Source: Azolla caroliniana
Lineage: Eukaryota > Plantae > Polypodiophyta
Reading direction: 5' to 3'
DNA length: 64,000 nt
Assembly (NCBI GenBank): GCA_043228905.1
Contig: JBHGNT010000033.1
Location: 248,518 to 312,517, forward strand
In this document: positions 1-13,200 of the stretch, one piece after another
How the letters are laid out: the number at the start of each line of letters is the position of its first letter
Numbering within the stretch: position 1 is the stretch's first letter
Made by a program: the position numbers and the translations under genes
The notes under the pieces: generated by a model
Databases searched by the model: none
The model's input: the letters and a program-made list of their open reading frames with translations, nothing else
What the model was told of the DNA's origin: nothing

Positions 1-3000
1 TTTGTGTTCAAACATGAGTACTGAAGCTAACAACGCTAGCTATGATATAGAATTAAAAAATCGAGATTTTGAAACTCAGGTCGAGAAACATGAAGAAATT
101 AGCAAATTTGAGGAGGGAGTTTAGAAGAGCGCGTGAGTAAATTAAAATGTTCATACCTGGCTCGTGTGATATCGGATTTTTGTGTTCAAACATGCGTATC
201 GAAGCAAACAACGCTAGCTATGATATAGAATTAAAAAATCAGGTCGAGAGACATGAAGAAATTAGCAAATTTGAGGAGGGATTTTAGAAGAGCCCGTGAC
301 TAAATTAAAATGTTCATACCCGGCTCGTGTGATATCGGATTTTTGTGTTCAAACATGAGTACTGAAGCTAACAACGCTAGCTATGATATAGAATTAAAAA
401 ATCGAGATTTCGAAACTCAGGTCGAGAGACATGAAGAAATTAGCAAATTTGAGGAGGGACTTTAGAAGAGCGCGTGAGTAAATTAAAATGTTCATACCTG
501 GCTCGTGTGATATCGGATTTTTGTGTTCAAACATGAGTACTGAAGCAAACAACGCTAGCTATGATATGGAATTAAAAAATCGAGATTTTGAAACTCAGGT
601 CGAGAGACATGAAGAAATTAGCAAATTTGAGGAGACATGAAGAAATTAGCAAATATGAGGAGGTACTTGAGAAGAGCTCGTGAGTCAATTATAATGTTCA
701 TACCTGGCTCGTGTGCTATCGGATTTTTGTGTTCAAACATGCATATCGAAGCTAACAACGCTAGCTATGATATAGATTTAAAAAATCGAGATTTTGAAAC
801 TCAGGTCGAGAGACATGAAGAAATTAGCAAATTTGAGGAGGTACTTGAGAAGAGCTCGTGAGTCAATTATAATGTTCATACTTGCCTCGTGTGATATCGG
901 ATTTTTGTGTTCAAATATGCGTATCGAAGCTAACAACGCTAGCGATGATATAGAATTAAAAAATCAAGTTTTTGAAACTCAGGTCGAGAGACATGAAGAA
1001 ATTAGCAAATTTGAGGAGGTATGAAGAAATTAGCAAATTTGAGGAGGTATCCAAGCTAACAACGCAAGCTATGATATGGAATTAAAAAATCGAGATTTTG
1101 AAACTCAGGTCGAGAGACATGAAGAAATTAGCAAATTTGAGGAGACATGAAGAAATTAGCAAATTTGAGGAGGTACTTGAGAAGAGCCCGTGAGTGAATT
1201 ATAATGTTCATACCTGGCTCGTGTGATATCGGATTTTTGTGTTCAAACATGCGTATCGAAGCTAACAACGCTAGCTATGATATAGAATTAAAAAATTGAG
1301 ATTTTGAAACTCAGGTCGAGAGACTTGAAGAAATTAGCAAATTTGAGGAGGGATTTTAGAAGAGCCCGTGACTAAATTAAAATGTTCATACCTGGCTCGT
1401 GTGATATCGGATTTTTGTGTTCAAACATGCGTATCGAAGCTAACAACGCTAGCTATGATATTGAATTTAAAAATCAAGATTTTGAAACTCAGGTCGAGAG
1501 ACATGAAGAAATTAGCAAATTTGAGTAGGGATTTTAGAAGAGCCCGTGACTAAATTAAAAAGTTCATACCCGGCTCGTGTGATATCGGATTTTTGTGTTC
1601 AAACATGAGTACTGAAGCTAACAACGCTAGCTATGATATAGAATTAAAAAATCGAGATTTTGAAACTCAAGTCGAGAGACATGAAGAAATTAGCAAATTT
1701 GAGGAGGGAGTTTAGAAGAGTGCGTGAGTAAATTAAAATGTTCATACCTGGCTCGTGTGATATCGGATTTTTGTGTTCAAACATGCGTATCGAAGCAAAC
1801 AACGCTAGCTATGATATAGAATTAAAAAATCAGGTCGAGAGACATGAAGAAATTAGCAAATTTGAGGAGGGATTTTAGAAGAGCCCGTGACTAAATTAAA
1901 ATGTTCATACCCGGCTCGTGTGATATCGGATTTTTGTGTTCAAACATGAGTACTGAAGCTAACAACGCTAGCTATGATATAGAATTAAAAAATCGAGATT
2001 TTGAAACTCAGGTCGAGAGACATGAAGAAATTAGCAAATTTGAGGAGGGACTTTAGAAGAGCGCGTGAGTAAATTAAAATGTTCATACCTGGCTCGTGTG
2101 ATATCGGATTTTTGTGTTCAAACATGAGTACTGAAGCTAACAACGCTAGCTATGATATAGAATTAAAAAATCGAGATTTTGAAACTCAGGTCGAGAGACA
2201 TGAAGAAATTAGCAAATTTGAGGAGGTACTTGAGAAGAGCCCGTGAGTCAATTATAATGTTCATACCTGGCTCATGTGATATCGGATTTTTGTGTTCAAA
2301 CATGAGTATGGAAGCTCACAACGCTAGTTATGATATAGAATTAAAAAATCGAGATTTTGAAACACAGGTCGAGAGACATGAAGAAATTGGCAAATTTGAG
2401 GAGGGACTTTAGAAGAGCCCGTGACTAAATTAAAATGTTGATACCTGGCTCGTGTGCTATCGGATTTTTGTGTTCAAACATGCGTATCCAAGCTAACAAC
2501 GCTAGCTATGATATGGAATTAAAAAATCGAGATTTTGAAACTCAGGTCGAGAGACATGAAGAAATTAGCAAATTTGAGGAGACATGAAGAAATTAGCAAA
2601 TTTGAGGAGGTACTTGAGAAGAGCCCGTGAGTCAATTATAATGTTCATACCTGGCTCGTGTGCTATCGGATTTTTGTGTTCAAACATGCATATCGAAGCT
2701 AACAACGCTAGCTATGATATAGAATTAAAAAATCGAGATTTTGAAACTCAGGTCGAGAGACATGAAGAAATTAGCAAATTTGAGGAGGTACTTGAGAAGA
2801 GCTCGTGAGTCAATTATAATGTTCATACCTGGCTCGTGTGCTATCGGATTTTTGTGTTCAAACATGCGTATCGAAGCTCACAACGGTAGCTGTGATATAG
2901 AATTAAAAAATCGAGATTTTGAAACTCAGGTCGAGAGACATGAAGAAATTAGCAAATTTTAGGAGGTAATTGAGAAGAGCCCGTGAGTCAATTCTAATGT

Positions 3001-4705
3001 TCATACCTGGCTCGTGTGATATCGGATTTTTGTGTTCAAACATGCGTATCGAAGCAAACAACGCTAGCTATGATATAGAATTAAAAAATCAGGTCGAGAG
3101 ACATGAAGAAATTAGCAAATTTGAGGAGGGATTTTAGAAGAGCCCGTGACTAAATTAAAAAGTTCATACCCGGCTCGTGTGATATCGGATTTTTGTGTTC
3201 AAACATGAGTACTGAAGCTAACAACGCTAGCTATGATATAGAATTAAAAAATCGAGATTTTGAAACTCAGGTCGAGAGACATGAAGAAATTAGCAAATTT
3301 GAGGAGGGAGTTTAGAAGAGCGCGTGAGTAAATTAAAATGTTCATACCTGGCTCGTGTGATATCGGATTTTTGTGTTCAAACATGCGTATCGAAGCAAAC
3401 AACGCTAGCTATGATATAGAATTAAAAAATCAGGTCGAGAGACATGAAGAAATTAGCAAATTTGAGGAGGGATTTTAGAAGAGCCCGTGACTAAATTAAA
3501 ATGTTCATACCCGGCTCGTGTGATATCGGATTTTTGTGTTCAAACATGAGTACTGAAGCTAACAACGCTAGCTATGATATAGAATTAAAAAATCGAGATT
3601 TCGAAACTCAGGTCGAGAGACATGAAGAAATTAGCAAATTTGAGGAGGGACTTTAGAAGAGCGCGTGAGTAAATTAAAATGTTCATACCTGGCTCGTGTG
3701 ATATCGGATTTTTGTGTTCAAACATGAGTACTGAAGCTAACAACGCTAGCTATGATATGGAATTAAAAAATCGAGATTTTGAAACTCAGGTCGAGAGACA
3801 TGAAGAAATTAGCAAATTTGAGGAGACATGAAGAAATTAGCAAATATGAGGAGGTACTTGAGAAGAGCTCGTGAGTCAATTATAATGTTCATACCTGGCT
3901 CGTGTGCTATCGGATTTTTGTGTTCAAACATGCATATCGAAGCTAACAACGCTAGCTATGATATAGATTTAAAAAATCGAGATTTTGAAACTCAGGTCGA
4001 GAGACATGAAGAAATTAGCAAATTTGAGGAGGTACTTGAGAAGAGCTCGTGAGTCAATTATAATGTTCATACTTGCCTCGTGTGATATCGGATTTTTGTG
4101 TTCAAATATGCGTATCGAAGCTAACAACGCTAGCGATGATATAGAATTAAAAAATCAAGTTTTTGAAACTCAGGTCGAGAGACATGAAGAAATTAGCAAA
4201 TTTGAGGAGGTATGAAGAAATTAGCAAATTTGAGGAGGTATCCAAGCTAACAACGCAAGCTATGATATGGAATTAAAAAATCGAGATTTTGAAACTCAGG
4301 TCGAGAGACATGAAGAAATTCGCAAATTTGAGGAGACATGAAGAAATTAGCAAATTTGAGGAGGTACTTGAGAAGAGCCCGTGAGTGAATTATAATGTTC
4401 ATACCTGGCTCGTGTGATATCGGATTTTTGTGTTCAAACATGCGTATCGAAGCTAACAACGCTAGCTATGATATAGAATTAAAAAATTGAGATTTTGAAA
4501 CTCAGGTCGAGAGACTTGAAGAAATTAGCAAATTTGAGGAGGGATTTTAGAAGAGCCCGTGACTAAATTAAAATGTTCATACCTGGCTCGTGTGATATCG
4601 GATTTTTGTGTTCAAACATGCGTATCGAAGCTAACAACGCTAGCTATGATATTGAATTTAAAAATCAAGATTTTGAAACTCAGGTCGAGAGACATGAAGA
4701 AATTA
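1..4705 (+). repeat. Higher-order duplication with a 3191-bp offset (1-1514 repeated at 3192-4705), with an imperfect internal period of about 1.6 kb
   Basis: Identical ORFs lie at 637/3828 and 794/3985. Positions 1-620 also recur from 1592 (offset 1591). The rare allele AAAAAGTTCATACCCGG occurs at about 1557 and 3157 (offset 1600). Confidence 0.85.
993..1146 (+). repeat. Compound variant cassette, 154 bp (28-bp duplication + 98-bp truncated monomer + 28-bp duplication); first of 12 copies
   Basis: ATG landmarks lie at 993, 1021, 1119 and 1147. The junction reads GAGGAGGTATGAAGAAATTAGCAAATTTGAGGAGGTATCCAAGCT. Copies are marked by ORFs ending at 1024, 4215, 7719, 8763, 11972, 13728, 14594, 16557, 17067, 19030, 23870 and 28857. 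Confidence 0.93.
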
Positions 4706-7700
4706 ACCAATTTGAGGAGGTACTTGAGAAGAGCCCGTGAGTCAATTATAATGTTCATACCTGGCTCGTGTGATATCGGATTTTTGTGTTCAAACATGCG
4801 TATGGAAGCTAACAACGCTAGCTATGATATAGAATTAAAAAATCGAGATTTTGAAACTCAGGTCGAGAGACATGAAGAAATTAGCAAATTTGAGGAGGGA
4901 CTTGAGAAGAGCGCGTGAGTCAATTAAAATGTTCATACCTGGCTCGTGTGATATCGCATTTTCGTGTTCAAACATGCGTATCGAAGCTTAGAACGCTAGC
5001 TATGATATCGAATTAAAAAATCGAGATTTTGAAACACAGGTCGAGAGATATGAAGAAATTAGCAAATTTGAGGAGGGACTTGAGAAGAGCGCGTGAGTCA
5101 ATTATAATGTTCATACCTGGCTCGTGTGATATCGGATTTTTGTGTTTAAACATGCGTATGGAAGCTAACAACGCTAGCTATGTTATGGAATTAAAAAATC
5201 AAGATTTCGAAATTTAGGTCCAGAGACATGAAGAAATTAGCAAATTTGAGGAGGGACTTAAGAAGAGCCCTTGAGTCAATTAAAATCGTCATACCTAGCT
5301 CGTGTGATATCGAATTTTTGTGTTCAGACATGCGTATCGAAGCTAACAACGCTAGCTATGATATTGAATTAAAAAATCAAGATTTTGATACTCAGGTCTA
5401 GAGACATGAAAAAATTAACAAATTTGAGGAGGGACTGAAGAAGAGCCCGTGAGTCAATTAAAATGTTCATAGCTAAGAAGAGCCCGTATCGAGGCTAACA
5501 ACGCTAGCTATGATATGGAATTTAAAAAACAAGTTTTTGGAACTCAGGTCGAGAGACATGAAGAAATTAGCAAATTTGAGGAGGTACTTGAGAAGAGCCC
5601 GTGAGTCAATTATAATGTTCATACCTGGCTCGTGTGATATCGGATTTTTGTGTTCAAACATGAGTATGGAAGCTAACAACGCTAGTTATGATATAGAATT
5701 AAAAAATCGAGATTTTGAAACACAGGTCGAGAGACATGAAGAAATTAGCAAATTTGAGGAGGGACTTTAGAAGAGCCCGTGACTAAATTAAAATGTTGAT
5801 ACCTGGCTCGTGTGCTATCGGATTTTTGTGTTCAAACATACGTATCCAAGCTAACAATGCTAGCCATGATATGGAATTAAAAAATCGAGATTTTGAAACT
5901 CAGGTCGAGAGACATGAAGAAATTAGCAAATTTGAGGAGGTAGTGGAGAAGAGCCCGTGAGTCAATTATAATGTTCATACCTGGCTCGTGTGATATCAGA
6001 TTTTTGTGTTCAAACATGCGTATCGAACCTAACAACGCTAGCTATGATATAGAATTAAAAAATCGAGATTTTGAAACTCAGGTCGAGAGACATGAAGAAA
6101 TTAGCAAATTTGAGGAGGGACTTGAGAAGAGCTCGTGAGTCAATTATAATGTTCATACCTGGCTCGTGTGCTATAGGATTTTTGTGTTCAAACATGCGTA
6201 TCGAAGCTAACAATGCTAGCTATGATATGGAATTAAAATATAAAGATTTTGAAAAATCAGGTCGACAGACATGAAGAAATTAGCATATTTGAGGAGGTAG
6301 TGGAGAAGAGCCCGTTAGGAAATAAAAATGTTCATACCTGGCTCGTGTGATATCGGATTTTTGTGTTCAAACATGCGTATCGAAGCTAACAACGCTAGCT
6401 ATGATAAGGAATTAAAATATAAAGAAATCAGGTCGAGAGACATGAAGAAATTAGCAAATTTGAGGAGGTACTTGAGAAGAGCTCGTGAGTCAATTATAAT
6501 GTTCATACCTGGCTCGTGTGCTATCGGATTTTTGTGTTCAAACATGCGTATGGAAGCTCACAACGGTAGCTATGATATAGAATTAAAAAATCGAGATTTT
6601 GAAACTCAGGTCGAGAGACATGAAGAAATTAGCAAATTTTAGGAGGTAATTGAGAAGAGCCCGTGAGTCAATTCTAATGTTCATACCTGGCTCGTGTGAT
6701 ATCGGATTTTTGTGTTCAAACATGCGTATCGAAGCAAACAACGCTAGCTATGATATAGAATTAAAAAATCAAGATTTTGAAACTCAGGTCCAGAGACATG
6801 AAGAAATTAGCAAATTTGAGGAGGGATTTTAGAAGAGCCCGTGACTAAATTAAAATGTTCATACCCGGTTCGTGTGATATCGGATTTTTGTGTTCAAACA
6901 TGAGTACTGAAGCTAACAACGCTAGCTATGATATAGAATTAAAAAATCGAGATTTTGAAACTCAGGTCGAGAGACATGAAGAAATTAGCAAATTTGAGGA
7001 GGGACTTTAGAAGAGCGCGTGAGTAAATTAAAATGTTCATACCTGGCTCGTGTGATATCGGATTTTTGTGTTCAAACATGAGTACTGAAGCTAACAACGC
7101 TAGCTATGATATAGAATTAAAAAATCGAGATTTTGAAACTCAGGTGGAGAGACATGAAGAAATTAGCAAACTTGAGGAGGTACTTGAGAAGAGCCCGTGA
7201 GTCAATTATAATGTTCATACCTGGCTCGTGTGATATCGGATTTTTGTGTTCAAACATGCGTATCGAAGCTAACAACGCTAGCTATGATATAGAATTAAAA
7301 AAACAAGTTTTTGAAACTCAGGTCGAGAGACATGAAGAAATTAGCAAATTTGAGGAGGTCCTTGAGAAGAGCTCGTGAGTCAATTATAATGTTCATACCT
7401 GGCTTTTGTTCTATCGGATTTTTGTGTTCAAACATGCATATCGAAGCTCACAACGCTAGCTATGATATAGAATTAAAAAATCGAGATTTTGAAACTTAGG
7501 TCGAGAGACATGAAGAAATTAGAAAACTTGAGGAGGTACTTGAGAAGAGCCCGTGAGTCAATTATAATGTTCATACTTGGCTCGTGTGATATCGGATTTT
7601 TGTGTTCAAATATGCGTATCGAAGCTAACAACGCTAGCGATGATATAGAATTAAAAAATCAAGTTTTTGAAACTCAGGTCGAGAGACATGAAGAAATTAG

Positions 7701-10239
7701 CAAATTTGAGGAGGTATGAAGAAATTAGCAAATTTGAGGAGGTATCCAAGCTAACAACGCTAGCTATGATATGGAATTAAAAAATCGAGATTTTGAAATT
7801 CAGGTCGAGAGACATGAAGAAATTAGCAAATTTGAGGAGACATGAAGAAATTAGCAAATTTGAGGAGGTACTTGAGAAGAGCCCGTGAGTGAATTATAAT
7901 GTTCATACCTGGCTCGTGTGATATCAGATTTTTGTGTTCAAACATGAGTACTGAAGCTAACAATGCTAGATATGATATAGAATTAAAAAATCGAGATTTT
8001 GAAACTCAGGTCGAGAGACATGAAGAAATTAGCAAATTTGAGGAGGTACTTGAGAAGAGCCCGTGAGTGAATTATAATGTTCATACCTGGCCGTTGTGAT
8101 ATCGGATTTTTGTGTTCAAACATGAGTACTGAAGCTAACAACGCTAGCTATGATATAGAATTAAAAAATCGAGATTTTAAAACTCAGGTCGAAAGACATG
8201 AAGAAATTAGCAAATATGAGGAGGTACTTGAGAAGAGCTCGTGAGTCAATTATAATGTTCATACCTGGCTCGTGTGCTATCGGATTTTTGTGTTCAAACA
8301 TGCATATCGAAGCTAACAACGCTAGCTATGATATAGAATTAAAAAATCGAGATTTTGAAACTCAGGTCGAGAGACATTAAGAAATTAGCAAATTTGAGGA
8401 GGTACTTGAGAAGAGCTCGTGAGTCAATTATAATGTTCATACCTGGCTCGTGTGATTTCGGATTTTTGTGTTCAAACATGAGTACTGAAGCTAACAATGC
8501 TAGCTATGATATAGAATTAAAAAATCGAGATTTTGAAACTCAGGTCGAGAGACATGAAGAAATTAGCAAATTTGAGGAGGTACTTGAGAAGAGCTCGTGA
8601 GTCAATTATAATGTTCATACTTGCCTCGTGTGATATCGGATTTTTGTGTTCAAATATGCGTATCGAAGCTAACAACGCTAGCGATGATATAGAATTAAAA
8701 AATCAAGTTTTTGAAACTCAGGTCGAGAGACATGAAGAAATTAGCAAATTTGAGGAGGTATGAAGAAATTAGCAAATTTGAGGAGGTATCCAAGCTAACA
8801 ACGCAAGCTATGATATGGAATTAAAAAATCGAGATTTTGAAACTCAGGTCGAGAGACATGAAGAAATTAGCAAATTTGAGGAGACATGAAGAAATTAGCA
8901 AATTTGAGGAGGTACTTGAGAAGAGCCCGTGAGTGAATTATAATGTTCATACCTGGCTCGTGTGATATCAGATTTTTGTGTTCAAACATGAGTACTGAAG
9001 CTAACAATGCTAGATATGATATAGAATTAAAAAATCGAGATTTTGAAACTCAGGTCGAGAGACATGAAGAAATTAGCAAATTTGAGGAGGTACTTGAGAA
9101 GAGCCCGTGAGTGAATTATAATGTTCATACCTGGCCGTTGTGATATCGGATTTTTGTGTTCAAACATGAGTACTAAAGCTAACAACGCTAGCTATGATAT
9201 AGAATTAATAAAATCGAGATTTTAAAACTCAGGTCGAAAGACATGAAGAAATTAGCAAATTTGAGGAGGGCCTTTAGAAGAGCCCGTGACTAAATTAAAA
9301 TGTTGATACCTGGCTCGTGTGCTATCGGATTTTTGTGTTCAAACATGCGTATCCAAGCTAACAACGCTAGCTATGATATGGAATTAAAAAATCAAGTTTT
9401 TGAAACTCAGGTCGAGAGACATGAAGAAATTAGCAAATTTGAGGAGGTCCTTGAGAAGAGCTCGTGACGCAATTATAATGTCCATACTTGGCTTTTGTGC
9501 TATCGGATTTTTGTGTTCAAACATGCGTATCGAAGCACACCACGCTAGCTATGATATAGAATTAAAAAATCGAGATTTTGAAACTCAGGTGGAGAGACAT
9601 GAAGAAATTAGCAAACTTGAGGAGGTACTTGAGAAGAGCCCGTGAGTCAATTATAATGTTCATACCTGGCTCGTGTGATATCGGATTTTTTTGTTCAAAC
9701 ATGCGTATGGAAGCTAACAACGCTAGCTATGATATACAATTAAAAAATCAAGTTTTTGAAACTCAGGTCGAGAGACATGAAGAAATTAGCAAATTTGAGG
9801 AGGTCCTTGAGAAGAGCTCGTGACTCAATTATAATGTTCATACCTGGCTTTTGTGCTATAGGATTTTTGTGTTCAAACATGCGTATCGAAGCTCACAACG
9901 CTAGCTATGATATAGAATTAAAAAATCGAGATTTTGTAACTGAGGTCGAGAGACATGAAGAAATTAGCAAACTTGAGGAGGTACTTGAGAAGAGCCCGTG
10001 AGTCAATTATAATGTTCATACTTGGCTCGTGTGATATCGGATTTTTGTGTTCAAACATGCGTATCGAAGCTAACAACGCTAGTTATGATATAGAATTAAA
10101 AAATCTAGATTTTGAAACACAGGTCGAGAGATATGAAGAAATTAGCAAATTTGAGGAGGGGCTTTAGAAGAGCCCTTGAATAAATTAAAATGTTGATACC
10201 TGGCTCGTGTGCTATCGGATTTTTGTGTTCAAACATGCG

Positions 10240-13200
10240 TATCCAAGCTAACAACGCTAGCTATGATATGGAATTAAAAAATCGAGATTTTGAAACTCAG
10301 GTCGAGAGACATGAAGAAATTAGCAAATTTGAGGAGACATGAAGAAATTAGCAAATTTGAGGAGGTACTTGAGAAGAGCCCGTGAGTGAATTATAATGTT
10401 CATACCTGGCTCGTGTGATTTCGGATTTTTGTGTTCAAACATGAGTACTGAAGCTAACAATGCTAGCTATGATATAGAATTAAAAAATCGAGATTTTGAA
10501 ACTCAGGTCGAGAGACATGAAGAAATTAGCAAATTTGAGGAGGTACTTGAGAAGAGCCCGTGAGTGAATTATAATGTTCATACCTGGCCGTTGTGATATC
10601 GGATTTTTGTGTTCAAACATGAGTACTGAAGCTAACAACGCTAGCTATGATATAGAATTAAAAACTCGAGAGTTTAAAACTCAGGTCGAAAGACATGAAG
10701 AAATTAGCAAATATGAGGAGGTACTTGAGAAGAGCTCGTGAGTCAATTATAATGTTCCTACCTGGGTCGTGTGCTATCGGATTTTTGTGTTCAAACATGC
10801 ATATCGAAGCTAAAAACGCTAGCTATGATATAGAATTAAAAAATCGAGATTTTGAAACTCAGGTCGAGAGACATGAAGAAATTAGCAAATTTGAGGAGGT
10901 ACTTGAGAAGAGCTCGTGACTCAATTATAATGTTCATACCTGGCTCGTGTGATATCGGATTTTTGTGTTCAAACATGAGTATGGAAGCTAACAACGCTAG
11001 CTCTGATATAGAATTAAAAAATCGAGATTTTGAAACTCAGGTCGAGAGACATGAAGAAATTAGCAAATTTGAGGAGGGACTTTAGAAGAGCCTGTGACTA
11101 AATTAAAATGTTGATACCTGGCTCGTGTGCTATCGGATTTTTGTGTTCAAACATGCGTATCCAAGCTAACAACGCTAGCTATGATATGGAATTAAAAAAT
11201 CAAGTTTTTGAAACTCAGGTCGAGAGACATGAAGAAATTAGCAAATTTGAGGAGGTCCTTGAGAAGAGCTCGTGACTCAATTATAATGTTCATACCTGGC
11301 TTTTGTGCTATCGGATTTTTGTGTTCAAACATGCGTATCGAAGCTCACAACGCTAGCTATGATATAGAATTAAAAAATCGAGATTTTGAAACTCAGGTGG
11401 AGAGACATGAAGAAATTAGCAAACTTGAGGAGGTACTTGAGAAGAGCCCGTGAGTCAATTATAATGTTCATACCTGGCTCGTGTGATATCGGATTTTTGT
11501 GTTCAAACATGCGTATCGAAGCTAACAACGCTAGCTATGATATAGAATTAAAAAAACAAGTTTTTGAAACTCAGGTCGAGAGACATGAAGAAATTAGCAA
11601 ATATGAGGAGGTACTTGAGAAGAGCTCGTGAGTCAATTATAATGTTCATACCTGGCTTTTGTTCTATCGGATTTTTGTGTTCAAACATGCATATCGAAGC
11701 TCACAACGCTAGCTATGATATAGAATTAAAAAATCGAGATTTTGAAACTCAGGTCGAGAGACATGAAGAAATTAGAAAACTTGAGGAGGTACTTGAGAAG
11801 AGCCCGTGAGTCAATTATAATGTTCATACTTGGCTCGTGTGATATCGGATTTTTGTGTTCAAATATGCGCATCGAAGCTAACAACGCTAGCGATGATATA
11901 GAATTAAAAAATCAAGTTTTTGAAACTCAGGTCGAGAGACATGAAGAAATTAGCAAATTTGAGGAGGTATGAAGAAATTAGCAAATTTGAGGAGGTATCC
12001 AAGCTAACAACGCTAGCTATGATATGGAATTAAAAAATCGAGATTTTGAAATTCAGGTCGAGAGACATGAAGAAATTAGCAAATTTGAGGAGACATGAAG
12101 AAATTAGCAAATTTGAGGAGGTACTTGACAAGAGCCCGTGAGTGAATTATAATGTTCATACCTGGCTCGTGTGATATCAGATTTTTGTGTTCAAACATGA
12201 GTACTGAAGCTAACAATGCTAAATATGATATAGAATTAAAAAATCGAGATTTTGAAACTCAGGTCGAGAGACATGAAGAAATTAGCAAATTTGAGGAGGT
12301 ACTTGAGAAGAGCCCGTGAGTGAATTATAATGTTCATACCTGGCCGTTGTGATATCGGATTTTTGTGTTCAAACATGAGTACTGAAGCTAACAACGCTAG
12401 CTATGATATAGAATTAAAAAATCGAGATTTTAAAACTCAGGTCGAAAGACATGAAGAAATTAGCAAATATGAGGAGGTACTTGAGAAGAGCTCGTGAGGC
12501 AATTATAATGTTCATACCTGGCTCGTGTGCTATCGGATTTTTGTGTTCAAACATGCATATCGAAGCTAACAACGCTAGCTATGATATAGAATTAAAAAAT
12601 CGAGATTTTGAAACTCAGGTCGAGAGACATGAAGAAATTAGCAAATTTGAGGAGGTACTTGAGAAGAGCTCGTGACTCAATTATAATGTTCATACCTGGC
12701 TCGTGTGATATCGGATTTTTGTGTTCAAACATGAGTATGGAAGCTAACAACGCTAGCTATGATATAGAATTAAAAAATCGAGATTTTGAAACTCAGGTCG
12801 AGAGACATGAAGAAATTAGCAAATTTGAGGAGGGACTTTAGAAGAGCTTGTGACTAAATTAAAATGTTGATACCTGGCTCGTGTGCTATCGGATTTTTGT
12901 GTTCAAACATGCGTATCCAAGCTAACAACGCTAGCTATGATATGGAATTAAAAAATCAAGTTTTTGAAACTCAGGTCGAGAGACATGAAGAAATTAGCAA
13001 ATTTGAGGAGGTCCTTGAGAAGAGCTCGTGACTCAATTATAATGTTCATACCTGGCTTTTGTGCTATCGGATTTTTGTGTTCAAACATGCGTATCGAAGC
13101 TCACAACGCTAGCTATGATATAGAATTAAAAAATCGAGATTTTGAAACTCAGGTGGAGAGACATGAAGAAATTAGCAAACTTGAGGAGGTACTTGAGAAG

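Noticed and set aside
1014-1024. AGGAGG Shine-Dalgarno-like motif next to an ATG
   Set aside because: The spacing is only 1 nt and is created by the duplication junction. In normal monomers the motif is about 30 nt from the next ATG, and the context is satellite DNA.
607-1175. 28-bp direct repeats resembling CRISPR repeats
   Set aside because: The intervening sequences are copies of one another rather than unique spacers, spacing is 28/98/178 bp, and there are no cas genes or leader.
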